Assembly (NCBI GenBank): GCA_023213395.1
Contig: CM041465.1
Span: forward strand, 138,763,741 to 138,827,740
DNA: 64,000 bases
Direction: 5' to 3'
DNA from: Cycas panzhihuaensis
Taxonomy: Eukaryota > Plantae > Cycadophyta
Part shown: one piece after another, positions 49,401-62,601 of the stretch
Numbering within the stretch: the first letter of the stretch is position 1
Layout: each line of letters starts with the position of its first letter
Translations under genes and position numbers: made by a program
Notes under the pieces: generated by a model
What the model was told of the DNA's origin: nothing
Databases searched by the model: none
The model's input: only the letters and a program-made list of their open reading frames with translations

Positions 49401-50240
49401 TACATCATAATCCATGGCTTCACAAAAATTCTCAATGATGCTTAGTGGCGAACCTCGACGTCTAGCTTTTCTTTTTTTTTCTGGTGTACCTTTATCCAAT
49501 CTGCTCCGTTTGTGGTCTCAATCTTTAAAGCCTTTCAGGCAGACTATGGTTCTCAATATTTGCAAGGATCTCACGTTTCTCCCTTGATTGTGGCTTGATT
49601 TTGTTATCATTTTGCTCTTCCTTTAATCCACTTCGCTTGCCACCAACATTTTGGTAAGAGCTATTATAAGAATATAATAATCGATGGCAGCTACGAACTA
49701 TCCTTTCCAAGGAACAAACTGCTATGATACCATTGTAGCGGACCTAGTTGGAAAACACAACAAATAGAAGCAATTTCCAGCACATAACAACAATATTCAC
49801 AGCATATCATAGTATTTCACAACGAATTTCATATATTTACAACAGATGGAAAATAATTACAGCAATAAACTCTCATAAACAAGATTCATCAAAGATACAT
49901 GTCATGCATACATTGACAACAACAATAAATAATAATAGATTGACAGAAAATAGAACTTGATGCAAGATGTCCAGCAACAACCCTCTTCGAAGCAACGCAG
50001 TCCTCCAATAGGCACGAAGCCATTTTACCAATATGCAAAATTCTCCAAGACTGATTTACAAATGAGATAGGCTACTCTATTTATAGCCTTTAAAACCAAT
50101 CTCTTATTTTTCCCTCTAAAAGTCGATTTCATAATAAAATAAAATAAATGATTCTTCTTTTAATTCTTCAAAAAACCAACTTCATCATAATAAATTCCCC
50201 TTATAAAACCGATTTCTTCTTTTATTTTGGGAATGCTACA
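46458..50240 (-). mobile_element. Pol-less gypsy-derived LTR element I (TR-GAG/LARD-like)
   Basis: LTRs 46458-46977 and 49734-50240. PBS gctatgatacca 49721-49732. PPT aaggggaggtgaat on the minus strand. TSD aacaa / gacaa. Decayed gag (DINKWLQMVE..GKALEWF) at about 48230-48400; no PR, RT or IN motifs. Confidence 0.88.
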
Positions 50241-50389
50241 GACAACTTGCATCCATATTTCCCTCAGCTATGTTGGATCAATCCACACCCCTCTTTGTCA
50301 AATTCCACCTTGCACAATATCCCACTCCAATAGAGGAAGCACCAGCTAGTACTAATGTGTAAATAATGTCAAGGAATCCTTTTCTAACA

Positions 50390-50625
50390 CAGTGCTCTTT
50401 TTCATAGCATCCTTGGACATGGCCCTTTTTCATACCAGATCTCAAGAGTCTAGTTCTTTTCTCACACTGTCCTTTATCCATTAGAATGTGATATTTTTTC
50501 ATGGTAGCCATTGATCCATAATGAACATGGTCCCTTTTCATACTTATCCACGACAATATAAGCATAGTCTTTTTTCATGCCAGCATGATTACCTTTCCAA
50601 AGACTCGATCTTTTTCATACTAACC
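50390..50625. repeat. Degenerate array of ttttcat-core units (spacing about 29-41 bp)
   Basis: About seven recurrences of c/t-ttttcat(a/g) with variable spacers. Confidence 0.55.
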
Positions 50626-50980
50626 TCAAAAAGCTCAATTCCTTTACGACCATCATTATTGTAATTAATAGAAACGATGAGGCGTATCAGATTATTGAGG
50701 GGATATACAATTTCCCACCACGCCAAGCTAAACATATATTATTCAACACTAGAGATTAAACATATATTATTCAACGCGAGAGATAGAAAGTTCTCACATA
50801 AAAACAAACTTATTTAACCATAAGTTGCTTGCATAGATTGTAGCGTAAGTCTCAAAACATTGTAACTCGGGAATATCAGTCGATTGCATATATTGCATAT
50901 ATTAAATCTGCACATACTAATCGTTGCGATCATTTGAAGAATTGAAAACCACTATTTGTATAGATAAAGAAAAAACAATG

Positions 50981-51039
<59 letters not shown>
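50981..51039. repeat. (TA)n microsatellite
   Basis: Directly visible. Confidence 0.95.
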
Positions 51040-51042
<3 letters not shown>

Positions 51043-51139
51043 CGTCATTTGCTTAATGGAATATCTATAATCTAGACACGTATACAATAATAACCGTTGG
51101 ATTCTTGTTCATTGTGAGCAATTCCATCAGCAGGGGTAT

Positions 51140-51345
51140 TCACATGCAATACGCAATACACAAGAATAATAATTTTTGCCAAAATTCATCATCCATAACA
51201 TTGTCAGTCTTCTGCCATCATTTCTACGACTGTCCGTTAGGCTGCCCTTTCAATCTTTTCATCTGTTGTTCTTCCCTTAACGCTATCCACCAACGTAACA
51301 AATGTTCAATCGTCATCGCTGCAGTATATAGATATAAATTCATCC
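51140..51345 (-). pseudogene. Possible hAT transposase remnant
   Basis: Minus frame reads TIEHLLRWWIALREE...NVMDDEFWQKLLFL, resembling the DDxFW segment of plant hAT transposases. Contains stops. Confidence 0.3.
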
Positions 51346-52301
51346 GAAAATAAATCTTTTTGCATTCATACCATTTTTGTGGCAACATTCAATATATAAT
51401 TATTTATATATATTTATGTTGTGTGTTTACCAGCATACATACGACTTTCACCTTCATATAGTCATAAATATATTCGCCTTTGAGCAATATATATATAAAC
51501 AACTTACGTATATCAAATATCTAGTTGTTAATTATATATATTAAACATTACACACGTTTATACACATTAATTAATATCTTTTGTGATATTATAGCTCAAT
51601 TGTGTTATCACATTTATCTTGGCAACAAACAATATCAATTGGTGCAAGATTTGTTTATTGCATCACCATATTTTCATTTTATTACATCACCATATTCTCA
51701 CATTTCAATAAGAGGGTAGTTACCATTGGTATAAGGCAATATTATATATATTATACATATGTTAATATAAGTTATTATTTTAATATTACAAGTTCATTTG
51801 GTATACCAGTACATGGCAGGTATCTATTCAAATTATTTGTTCAAAATTGGTATATCATCGACAACACGTATATATATCAGGTGATATATATTTATAAAAG
51901 ACCTTATCCTTCCATTGTCTTATTATACCAATTTTTAGCTTCACATTGAGTTATACATTATCAACCTCTTAAACATGTAAATCGACGAATTATTATAGTC
52001 TATACCAATATTATATTCAATAGCATATATACACTCATTTATCACTCCATCGATAGAAAGCAACATTATGTCCAATTGTTGTATATATATCTAAATATAT
52101 TGCACTAATTAGAGGTTTTAACTACTCTTCATATCAGTTGTTATCTGTGTCTAAATTGCAGCCTCTGTTACTTCCTACAACATCCACACAATATATCATC
52201 AAAAACAATGGAAACATTACTTTTAAAACGTTACCATGGAATATTTTCTATCAAAATACCTAAAAGAATAGGACCATCTAAGTCCGGCACATAGACAAGA
52301 T

Positions 52302-54753
52302 ATGTCAAAAGTCGAATACATCAAACTACATTTCCTTTGTATGCCAGATTGGAAGATTAAGAGAAATTTTGGCATTTCACAGTTCTATGGGTCAAAAGAA
52401 TGCGCTCACAAATGGTTGCAAGAACTAGAAGACTTTTTCCTACGTCAAAACATTATAAACAATGAAGAGAAAATATTATATGTTGCATTACATATGTATA
52501 AAATGGCATTCAATTGGTGGTGAAATTGGTCGCAAGCACAAGAAAACGAGAACCATAAAACTATAACTTGGGAAGAATTTTCAATAGCATTTAAAAACCA
52601 ATTTAAAGAAGATGACACCATATGTTGACAATGGGCATTAGGCCACATTGATCCCAAGATCATAAATATAATCACAATACAATAAATGCATGAAAGCATG
52701 AGAGCATAAAAGCATAAACTGAAATATAGGAGCAAGAGAAAATGATACCCAATATGTGGAGTTGGAATTGGTCCAACCTCCCAGCATAACAATACAACTC
52801 CAAGTCTCCATATGAGACAATGAGAAGAGGTCTCACTATATAGAGTGAAAGGAGAGAGATGTTTGACAAGTGTCAAACATCCAAGATACATCACATGGAT
52901 CATGAGCAAAAGTGCTTGGATCCTCAGATGTTTGACAAGTGTCAAACATCCAAGATACATCACTGGATTATTCAAACAAGTGCATGAGGGTCCATTGACC
53001 TTTTTGTGACAACGTTGAGTCACTAGAAAGAATGTGGGTGTGCACTTTATCACTTAAGTGATAAGTCACCCCTAAAGTATAAAGTGCATATATTACATGA
53101 AAAATAAATGTACATTCACTTAACATTTAAACATAAGGTTTAACATGTTATTGAGGTACAAATCTTAGATTCAAAACTTGCTACTGAAGTGAGCCCTAAA
53201 GGAAATCCAATAACGTCAAAGGTAGATGAAGGAAGCAAAGAATTCCCTCATCAAACGACATTTGAATATCAATCACAACTACATTTGTCTCTAAAACTAA
53301 TAAGTCCTAATAACGCACTATTGTTGGCACAAATCCAAAAAGAAAAAGAGCAGTTGAAAAAGAATCAAGAATTAACATTCATAAATATGCACATTTGAAC
53401 ATATCAATAAAGGTGATAAACAACCAAGAATGTGGACTTTAAATGCATGAAATACCACCAAATCAAAGCAAACAAATACCTATACTAAGAGGAAATCAGG
53501 TTACAAATACACAACTAAAAGAATCAAATGATGATAAAAAGGAGTCCATCATTGAAAACTGGATAACTCACAAAATAACTATTACACCTTCTATATCTAC
53601 GAAGCATCCATATCATAAACAACCTGGAAAGAGATATCAACCTATTCAACCACTTTCACATGCAAATAAGGACGACAAATGGAAGGTTCAAAAAAACCCA
53701 CCTTTGCGTGCAAATGTGCAGAGTGCAGATGATGATAACAACTAGAGAATTTGAAAACAAAATATCCCTACTCTTCACATCTTTTCCACGATTTCTACTA
53801 AAGATGTCAATAGTAAGCAGGGACTTGATGATAGAATATTTTGCCAAACTTTTCCATCAAACAATAAATCGTCCGACAAAGAATTAACTCCTAACACAGG
53901 CAACAAGAAACATGGTACACCTACTAATGTCAAGAAATCACGATTAACAACTAATGATGACAGATCAAAAGAATCGACCCCAGATAATAATATAAATATC
54001 AGGTCACAGGAAAAAGATCTTACAACATGGTCACTTCAGTGTCACCCAATTACTATCACTTACCTGAGAACCATCATCACTACTCCTTTTCTTCCCCTAA
54101 AAGGGGAAGAAATTGCATTGGTCATCTCCATAACTCAAATTCAAAATACGATAGAAAATCAACAAAAATCTTAGGAAATCAAGATACCTAATCATATTTT
54201 TAAGTGGAAGATTCCTTGGGACATCTTCACAATAATCCACTTAACAAAAGAGTATACCATGCAATTATCACAAAGCCAAAAATCTTATCAAGCAAGAAGA
54301 CAATGGACTATAACACCATGGTTCAACAAAAGATTAATTAGAATCCAAGACAAAGTGTCTTTTGAATCACATATTCAACATTTCTGTTGTGACTTAAATC
54401 AACATGTGAAACTTGCAAATTTATATGACATTATGCTGCTCGCACGAGGACTATTCTATTCCAGTAGCCTTCAAGGACAAAGCCTTTCAAGATGTAAGAA
54501 CTTGTAGTGAGCCTAATGTATTTATGGATAAATAAGCATAATTAGATTAGTGAAGGATCATGTCTATTTATTAATCAAACGTGTCCTTCCATAGATAGAC
54601 TATAAATATATTCAGCTATGTAATATGGACATCAGTCTATTAATTATTCAATCAATATTAATCAATTATCCTTTGGATATTAAATCTTTAACCAAATTGG
54701 CCTCCTGTTTACGAGTGTGACTAGCCAGGGTCACCTCAAGAAACTTGCTAACA
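52302..54753 (+). mobile_element. Pol-less gypsy-derived element J (5' LTR not found)
   Basis: gag-like QFYGSKECAHKWLQELEDFF..EEKILYVALHM..AFNWW..ITWEEFSIAFKNQF, a decayed non-pol ORF, then LTR-like 54503-54753 (tgtagtg..ctaaca). Confidence 0.62.
52623..53145 (-). mobile_element. Solo LTR related to the D family, inserted in the gag of J
   Basis: Minus strand begins tgttaaaccttatgttt like the D LTR and shares ggggtgactt.atcacttaagtgataaagt and the terminal gcccatt. Internal 69-bp duplication. TSD does not match. Confidence 0.8.
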
Positions 54754-55121
54754 TATATGTTAAAGGTAAAACCCAACAATTACCAAGCAAGTCTCCTCCT
54801 CAAGCTTAAGGAAAGCAATCAACAACCCCAAAAGAGTCCAAGTTGGCTAACAAAGACAAGGGGAAGCACAGGCATCTCAGCCAAAATTCTATGAATATCC
54901 CCCTATTACTCCCAAGTGCGTTTCTCCATTTGACCTCCCCAAGCTATAGAAGGCTAAGGCTAGGTCCAAGGAGACTAGAGGTGAAAACTATATCATGAGT
55001 TACTTCAATCCTATGAACAAAACACCCAAGGCGAATACCATTCCAACAGACGATAGATTTCAAAACTTAGTTATCGACTCGTATGATGAGGGTGGTAGCA
55101 TGGAGATAGAAAGCGTTAACA

Positions 55122-56000
55122 ATGATGAATGCTATTAGTTGGAATGTGCTCTCTAATCAATTTAAAAGAACGATAGTCAAAAGATTTTCATAAGTTTTCA
55201 CCATTAGACTTGTTATGTTTACAAGAGGTCAAATATACAAGTAGTGCTCTAAAGTTTGCCCTAATGGTGCTCATTTCTCCGCCATACATATTGAGGGCAA
55301 AGAAGGAGCAATTATTTTGGCTAGGCCCTCAACCATCAGTAAAGTTATTTCTTTAGCTGTTGATCCTAGCAATTGGTGTGTATGGGTTATGCTCCAAATT
55401 GATTCTATGATTTTGGGCATTGTCAATATTTATGCTCCCAACTACGCCTTTGAGAGGGTGAACCTTTCAACATGGATAAGTGAAAATTTCCCCAAAACTT
55501 CACACATTTCTTATGATGACTTGAACATGGTCGAGTCTCCTTTTGACACTTTGGTGGGCAACCCTTTAAATGGAACCAAGAAAACAAATTTGCCTAATTG
55601 ACTTTGCAAAATAAGTTCAATTTGTACAACCCCAACACTTCTAGGAGACTCGAGGGTCATGATGCTTGGTTCGCTCGATATAACTTACGAGCCAAATATG
55701 ATGGGATTTTAAAAAGAATGGGCAATGTTATGTTGTCATATGTTAATCTCTTTTAATCGGTGCATGGGGATAGGAGACCAGTTAACATTTTGAGCAATTC
55801 ATTGTTCTCAAACCCAACCAATTTCATTCATCCTATCTTGGAGAAATAGAAAACCATTATCCATACATCTTCCTTTAAGCCAAATACCTCACATCTATTC
55901 TCGCCTATATGCTTCTAAAGTATCAAATAGATTTGGCACTTGGCTCCCTTCACTAGAGGTGAGAAAGGTTGGATTGACTAGTGGAAAGAGACTATAGGTC
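55122..56000 (+). mobile_element. L1/Tx1-type LINE ORF2 AP-endonuclease fragment
   Basis: MNAISWNV, LLCLQEVK, GIVNIYAPN and DDLNMVE motifs. Cut off by element K. Confidence 0.75.
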
Positions 56001-59000
56001 AAGGGGCATGCTTGTCATAAAATGACATGCAACCCTCCTTTGTTATAAAGTGACACTTGGCATACATGTACTGGATCTCTCTTGTAAACTTAATGTATTT
56101 ATATGAGGGAGAAATACTCACTCATCAATTAATGAAGTACACTTAACTTTTTTTCATATTATGTTTTTTAACATGGTATCAGAGCAGGTCTGTTAGGGCA
56201 TCTATGAAAGATTGAGAAGGAAGAGCAAACTGAAGAATAAACCTAAAGGCATTTTTTTGTGACGAATAATCCCTGAAGATGACGTATAATCTACTGTACA
56301 ACCTTTGTACAACCTTATACGGCCAAAAAATCAAAGTACTTAGATTGCGACAAAATTTCACTACCTTGGTCATCTTGCTGAAAAGAGTCTGATGTCCCAA
56401 AGTACCGATCTCAAATTCAGCCTCCACAAGCAAGAAATTGAAGAAAATCATGGCCAAAGATTTGAGTCTTCCTCTATTGCTTTCTCTCAAATCTTTTCGT
56501 TTCTGTGCCTCAAATTGGTCTTAAAATCTTTGTTCTAATATAAGCTTTCCATCAAGTATAAATTTTCAAAGTCTTTTTGAGAATTTTTTAAGATATGAGC
56601 AAAAAATCAATTAAAACCCTAGTTGCCACTTAGACTTTCAGGTCAATTTCTGATCAAATGAGAGGTCAAATTAAAAATCCATCTGCAAATTCAAATAGGC
56701 ATCGAAGAGGGCTTCAATTTGGGGGTACTTTTGTTGAGATTTGTACACCTATACTTTTTTCGTACAACGGTGCAATCCTATGGCTCTATCCTACTACTAA
56801 AAAAAATAATAAGTCTTTCACACAGTTTCTTGTCATCCTTTTGATAAAATGGCCTCTGTCTACTCCTTGGGGGACTTTGATAAATTAATAGCACCAAATT
56901 ATAGTGCCTGAAAAATCAAAATAAAAGGCCTTCCAATTGCAAAAAAAAGCCTAGGATATTGTCATAGACAAAGAAACAAAACCAAGTGCAGTTGACTCTA
57001 TGAAGCTTGTCAGTTGGGAGGAAAGAAATAGACATACCCATGCAACCATTACACTATCTATAGGAGACATTGTACTGACTCACATTAATGATGCATCCTC
57101 ATTTGTAGAAGCTTGGAAGATCTTTGTTGTGTTGTATAGCCAAAAAAATGAAGCCCAAATAATTACCCTGAGAGAACAATAGTACCAATTGCATCTAAGG
57201 GAGGGTGAACCAATCTCTAATTTCAATACCAGAGTGATAGAAGTTAAAGACAATCTGGTGTCTACTAACGAGCCTGTGTCTGATACAGAGATTGTTTGCC
57301 CCATTCTTAACAAGCTACTAAAGTCATTTGATAGCCTTGTAAGTACTCTACTATGGGAGGTCAAGCTGGTACCATGTCCTTTGACACACTTTATGGACAT
57401 CTTTTGCAACAAGAATAAAGGATACAAAGATATGAGAAAAAAATTGAGATTGAAGAAGCATTCCTCTCAAGACTGAGAATTGGAGAACGAGATTTTAGCA
57501 GAGAAAGATCCACAAGAGGAAGGTCGACAAATAACCAGATATGTTATCACTGTGGGAGACAAGGACATTTTCCCAGTGATTGCAGATCAACAAAAACTTG
57601 TCCCTATTACCATTGTGGAAGATTTAGACATCTTTCAAGTAGTTATCCGCACAAAAAAGAAGAGATTTATAAGGGAAAGTGAGTTGAATGCAACTATAGC
57701 ACTGAGCAATCCAAAGATAAGGAAGAAGAAACAAAGTTTGTCATTGTATTAGCTTCTTGTACCCAAAACAGTGAAGACTGGTTCATAGACTCTAGGGCTT
57801 CAAATCATATGATGGGAAGAGAACATCGATTCAAGACTCTTCATCCATATTCCTCAAACAAAACTATTGAACTCGGAGACAACTTTCCTTTGCGCATAAA
57901 AGGCAAAGGAACCATAGCAATGAAAATCAATAAAAGAATCAAAAAAATTGGTCATGTCTTGCTTGTCCCTGAGTTAAAGAAAAATCTTCTTTCTATATTT
58001 CAATTAAGAGAAAAAAAAATTCGAATCATTTTTTATGAGGATGGCAAATGTCACATATATGATATGAAAGAAAATGGTGTTGAAATTGTAGAAGGGATAG
58101 AGATTGATAATCTCTATAAATTAGTCTCTACTCCCATTCTATCTCCTTCTATAAAGTCTTTTGTTGTTCGCAACATTAATAATAAAATGTGGCATTTTCG
58201 GTATGGACACATTGCAAATGATAGGTTAAAAATGCTTAAAAGATTAAATATGGTTGATGGATTACCTGATAATATTACATTAAGTTCTTTTGTTTGCGAA
58301 AATTGCATGATGGGTAAACAACATAGATCCTAGCTTCAAAAAAATAGTTGGAGAGCACAAGAAAGATTGGAATTGGTCCATAGTGATATATGTGGACTAA
58401 TCACACCAAATTTTGTTAATGGTGCCAAGTATTTCCTTACTCTGATAGATGACTTTAACAAAAAAACCTAAGTGTTTTTCATCTTCAACAAGTAAAAAGC
58501 TTTTGATATTTTTCAAGAATTCAAAACTCAAGTTCAATTACAAAGCAGCCATAAAATCAAAATTCTTAAAATAGATGGAGGAGGGAAATACATCTCAAAT
58601 GAATTTTTCAATTTTTGTAAAATGCATGTCATTCGTAGGCAACTTACTACTCCTTAAACTCCATAATCCAATGGAGTAGCTAAAAGATTAAATAGAACTA
58701 TAATAGAAATGGCCAGATGTATGATAAAAGAAAAATGAGCATTTAATGCATATTGGGTTGAAGTTATTAATACAATTCTATGTCTTATAAACAAAAGCCC
58801 CACAAAAACTCTCGAAAAACTTATTGCAGAAGAAGCTTGGTCAGGTAGAAAACCTGATGTAAGTCATCTTAGAATTTTTAAAAGTATTGCCTATGTATAT
58901 ATTCCTAGTCAAAAGGGGTCTCAATTAGATGACAAAAGCATCAAGTGTATCATGATTAGATATAGTAACAAATCTAAAGTGTACAATTGCATAAATCCCA

Positions 59001-61097
59001 AAACTAACAGAATTTATATTAACAGAGATGTCATGTTGATGAGATGACCTCAATAGAAAATGACCAGGTATGTACCTCAAAAAGCAAAATAATTCAAGAA
59101 AAAACTATAGAGATTACTAACAAAAAAGCCGCAACTTAGGAAGAAGCTGCATCTAAAGAAGAAAATGTCATTGACAATAATCTTCAAGAGCCAAAAAAAT
59201 AGGAAAATGATTCTTCAAGAGACTATTCAAACTAAAAAAAGACTACCTAAGTGGTACTTAAAAATTGTGGAAGATTCAAAAGGAGATATTTTTGAATAAA
59301 GAACAAAATCTCAAAACTATCAGGCCTTAATCTACTTAATTGAACCTCAAAATTATGAAAGAGCTTGTGAAATTTAGAATGGCTAGAAGCCATGAATAAG
59401 GAAATGCTCTCTATAAAACAAAATAGTACTTAGGAACTAGTTCCCCCTCTTGAAGGTAAACCAATTGTGGGGTGCAAATGAGTTTACAAAATAAAAGAAA
59501 AGTCCGATAGTAGCATTGAAAAATTTAAAATCGGGCTGGTGGCAAAGGATATACTCAGACTGCAGGTATTGACTATGAAGAAACATTTGCTCTGATAGCA
59601 AAAATGATAACCATTCACACAGTTATAGCTATGGCAACACAACATAGATGGAAAACTGTGCAACTTGATGTAAAATGTGTCTTTTTAAATGACAATCTGG
59701 ATGAAAAAGTTTACATGGAGAAACCTCTACGGTATATGAAAAAAAGAGAACATCTTGTCTGTAAATTAATAAAGGTATCATATGGCCTAAAGCATGTACC
59801 ACAAGCCCGGTACGCAAAGTTAGATCATCATCTCAGAGAAAAAAGATTTAGCAGGTGTGAATCTAATCCAAGACTTTATATTAAAAATCAAAAAAACAAC
59901 TTGATTACCATAATTGTTGTGTATATAAATGATATGATTGTTATAGGCAATGACCATGAAACAATCAAATGGGTGAGAACATAGATGGAAAACAATTTTG
60001 AGATGACAGATATGGATCCACTTCACTACTATCTTGGTATTTAAGTAAATCAAGCAACAAATGCTATCTTCATCCCACAGTCAAAATATGTCAAGAATCT
60101 TCTCAAAAGATTCAATATGGAAGATTGTAATCCCTATGCCACACCTATGGAAATAAGATGTGTTCTAACAATTGATGAAGGCAGTCAACAGGTAAGTCTG
60201 ACACTTTATAGACAATTGATTGGAAGTCTCATTTACTTAGCAACAACCAAGCTAGTCATATCATTTTCTATAAGAATTGGCTCCAAATACATGCATGCCC
60301 CCCAAGAATATTCATTGCAATGTTGTTAAAAGAAACCTAAGATATATCAAAGGTGCAATGGATCTAGGATTGAAACATACTAAGACAATCAAAATAGAGT
60401 TGATTGGATATTGTGACACAGATTGGATAGGCGAATAACAAGAGAGAATCTACATCAAAATATTGCTTCAATCTAGGATCAGTTGTGGCATGTGGGAGCA
60501 GCAAAAAATAGCCAATCGTGGCACTGTCATCAGCAAAAGCAAAATATAAGGCTGCAGTTAGTGTAATCTATAAAACAATTTGGTTAAGACAACTTCTTAA
60601 GGATTTAAGTCAAAATTGCTTTGAAGCAACCCCAATTATTTATGATAATCAACATGTTATCAAATTAACAAAAAATCCTATTTTTCATGCAAAAACAAAG
60701 TGCATAGAAGTACATCATCATTTTAATAGAGAAAATGTCTAGAGTAAAGAAATAGATCTACAATACTATTGCAGTGAATAGCAATTTGCAGACATCCTCA
60801 CAAAACCCTTACTAAAGGACAGGTTTCAATATCTCAGAAACCTACTCAAACTGAAAAAAAAAGGATAAAACATTAAGGGAGGGTGTTAGAATATTAATGT
60901 TCTATCCTATGTTTTATAATGGGGGACTCTTATGTATAATTAAGGGTCATGTGTCATGACCCCTCTTCTATCATAAAGTGACACTTGCCATACACGTATT
61001 GGATCTCTCTTCTAAGCTTGATGTATTAATATGAGAGAGAAACTCTCACCCATCAATTAATATAGACTTCTCTTTTTTCATATTTTGTTTTTCAATA
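56001..61097 (+). mobile_element. Ty1/copia element K (family of X), heavily mutated
   Basis: 5' LTR truncated (about 56001-56173), PBS tggtatcagagc 56174-56185, gag ATG 56849, all pol domains present with many stops, PPT aagggaggg, 3' LTR 60884-61097. Flanks are unrelated. Confidence 0.9.
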
Positions 61098-62209
61098 GTT
61101 TGTACTCGCTATCAATAATTTAGGCTACTTGTTCAGGACAAAGTTGATAGAGGCCTCCTTTGAGGAATTTCACTACTCGAGAATCAAGATAAGTAAATGG
61201 GCAATGGCATCAAAATCTATCAACCAAGAATTATCTTCATGATCAAAATAGAGTGTGGCAAAGAAAGGTTCTAAGAATCAACTTGAGAATTGGCCACATG
61301 GCCTTCTTCCTGGAAATTCCTGTTATTGCCTTGATTTTGATTCTCGAGTTCATTTCTTTGTTAATATCCATTGCCCCAACCTCAACCTTTATTTCGTTGT
61401 TGATGTGGGCCTCCTTGTTGTCCAGTTGAGCTTTGTCCAGATTGTAGATCAAATTGTCTTTTTCTGTAGTCTAAGATCACATGCCCGAATTTGCCACAAC
61501 ATAAGTAGGTAACATTTTGTCTTTGTTGTTGGTTTCTTGTCTATTGTGGTTGTTCTGGTGGTTGGTTCAAATTCATGGAACCAAACTGTTCGGCAAGAGG
61601 CTAATGTTGAAATTGATTTCTCCCATGATTCCTGGCTATGAATATAGGAGCATTATTAGAAGAGGATGTTGCTCTTTGACGGTTCAGGATACCCTCTTCC
61701 TTTAACAACAAACCCTCCAAGGTGTTGAAGTCCATAGTGGCAAAGTCATCAAATAAACAAGAGATAAAATTGTTGTATGTGAAGGACATTTATTTCACTG
61801 GCAACAAGGTCATGGTTAGGAGGAGGAGCTCCAAGAATATTGAGTCAATTCTTAATGGACTTGACTTCAATCATATGTGAGGGGATAGAACCAGCAAAAG
61901 ATATGGCATATAAGTGTGCTTTTAGCATGATAGCTCTGGAGTCATCATTTTGCTCATAAAGGGAGCATATAATGCTCCAAGCTTCATGAGAAGATTCTGT
62001 TATTTCAATATTTTGGTCCACATTATCCTCCACAACTAGGTTAAGGAAGGATAGAGCTACATTATCCTTAGCTCTAAAGGCAGCAAGGGCGACAAGGTCT
62101 GGAGGGAATCACATTGTTGGTGTTGTTTGGGTCACATGGGGGAATAGGTTTGGGTATGTCTCCAAATACATAATCCCAAAAATCATTCACGATTAAGAGG
62201 TGTTTGACT
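61098..62209 (-). mobile_element. Copia L gag-protease remnant related to the D family
   Basis: NDFWDYVFG, KDNVALSFLNLVVEDNVDQNI..EAWSIICSLYE, FNTLEGLLLKEE, a knuckle and SWLID. Colinear with the gag of D. Confidence 0.8.
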
Positions 62210-62601
62210 TGCTCAAATATCAATTAACGAATAATTAGAATTGATATAATAATGAGAAATAGGATCTAAAATTTCTTGTAAACAACACTCAACAAAATAT
62301 ATCAAAGAACATCATGCACATATTAAATGAGCACAATATGAGGATCAAATTAATTGATGCCTACAACATTATTTTGGTAGAGTTTTGACTCATATCAATT
62401 GATCATTACCCATGGGTGAGGACATAGCCATAATTTATAGAGGGCTCAATATCTCACACGCTTACATTTGATTGGGCCTCATGCCGATCGGATCTCATTG
62501 GGCCGCTATGAAGCAAATGTGAGTGATGACCCTCAACTAGGATTAGAACATAAAGTTGTGACTTAATATATAAGTACATAAAGTACACGAAGAAGATGTC
62601 A
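62210..62601 (-). mobile_element. Probable LTR fragment interrupting the gag of L
   Basis: Abrupt switch at tgctcaaat; LTR-like composition with minus-strand ctctataaat. The far end is uncertain. Confidence 0.35.

Noticed and set aside
52445-53053. 202-aa minus-strand ORF with an internal repeat
   Set aside because: It reads through a solo LTR and its 69-bp duplication.
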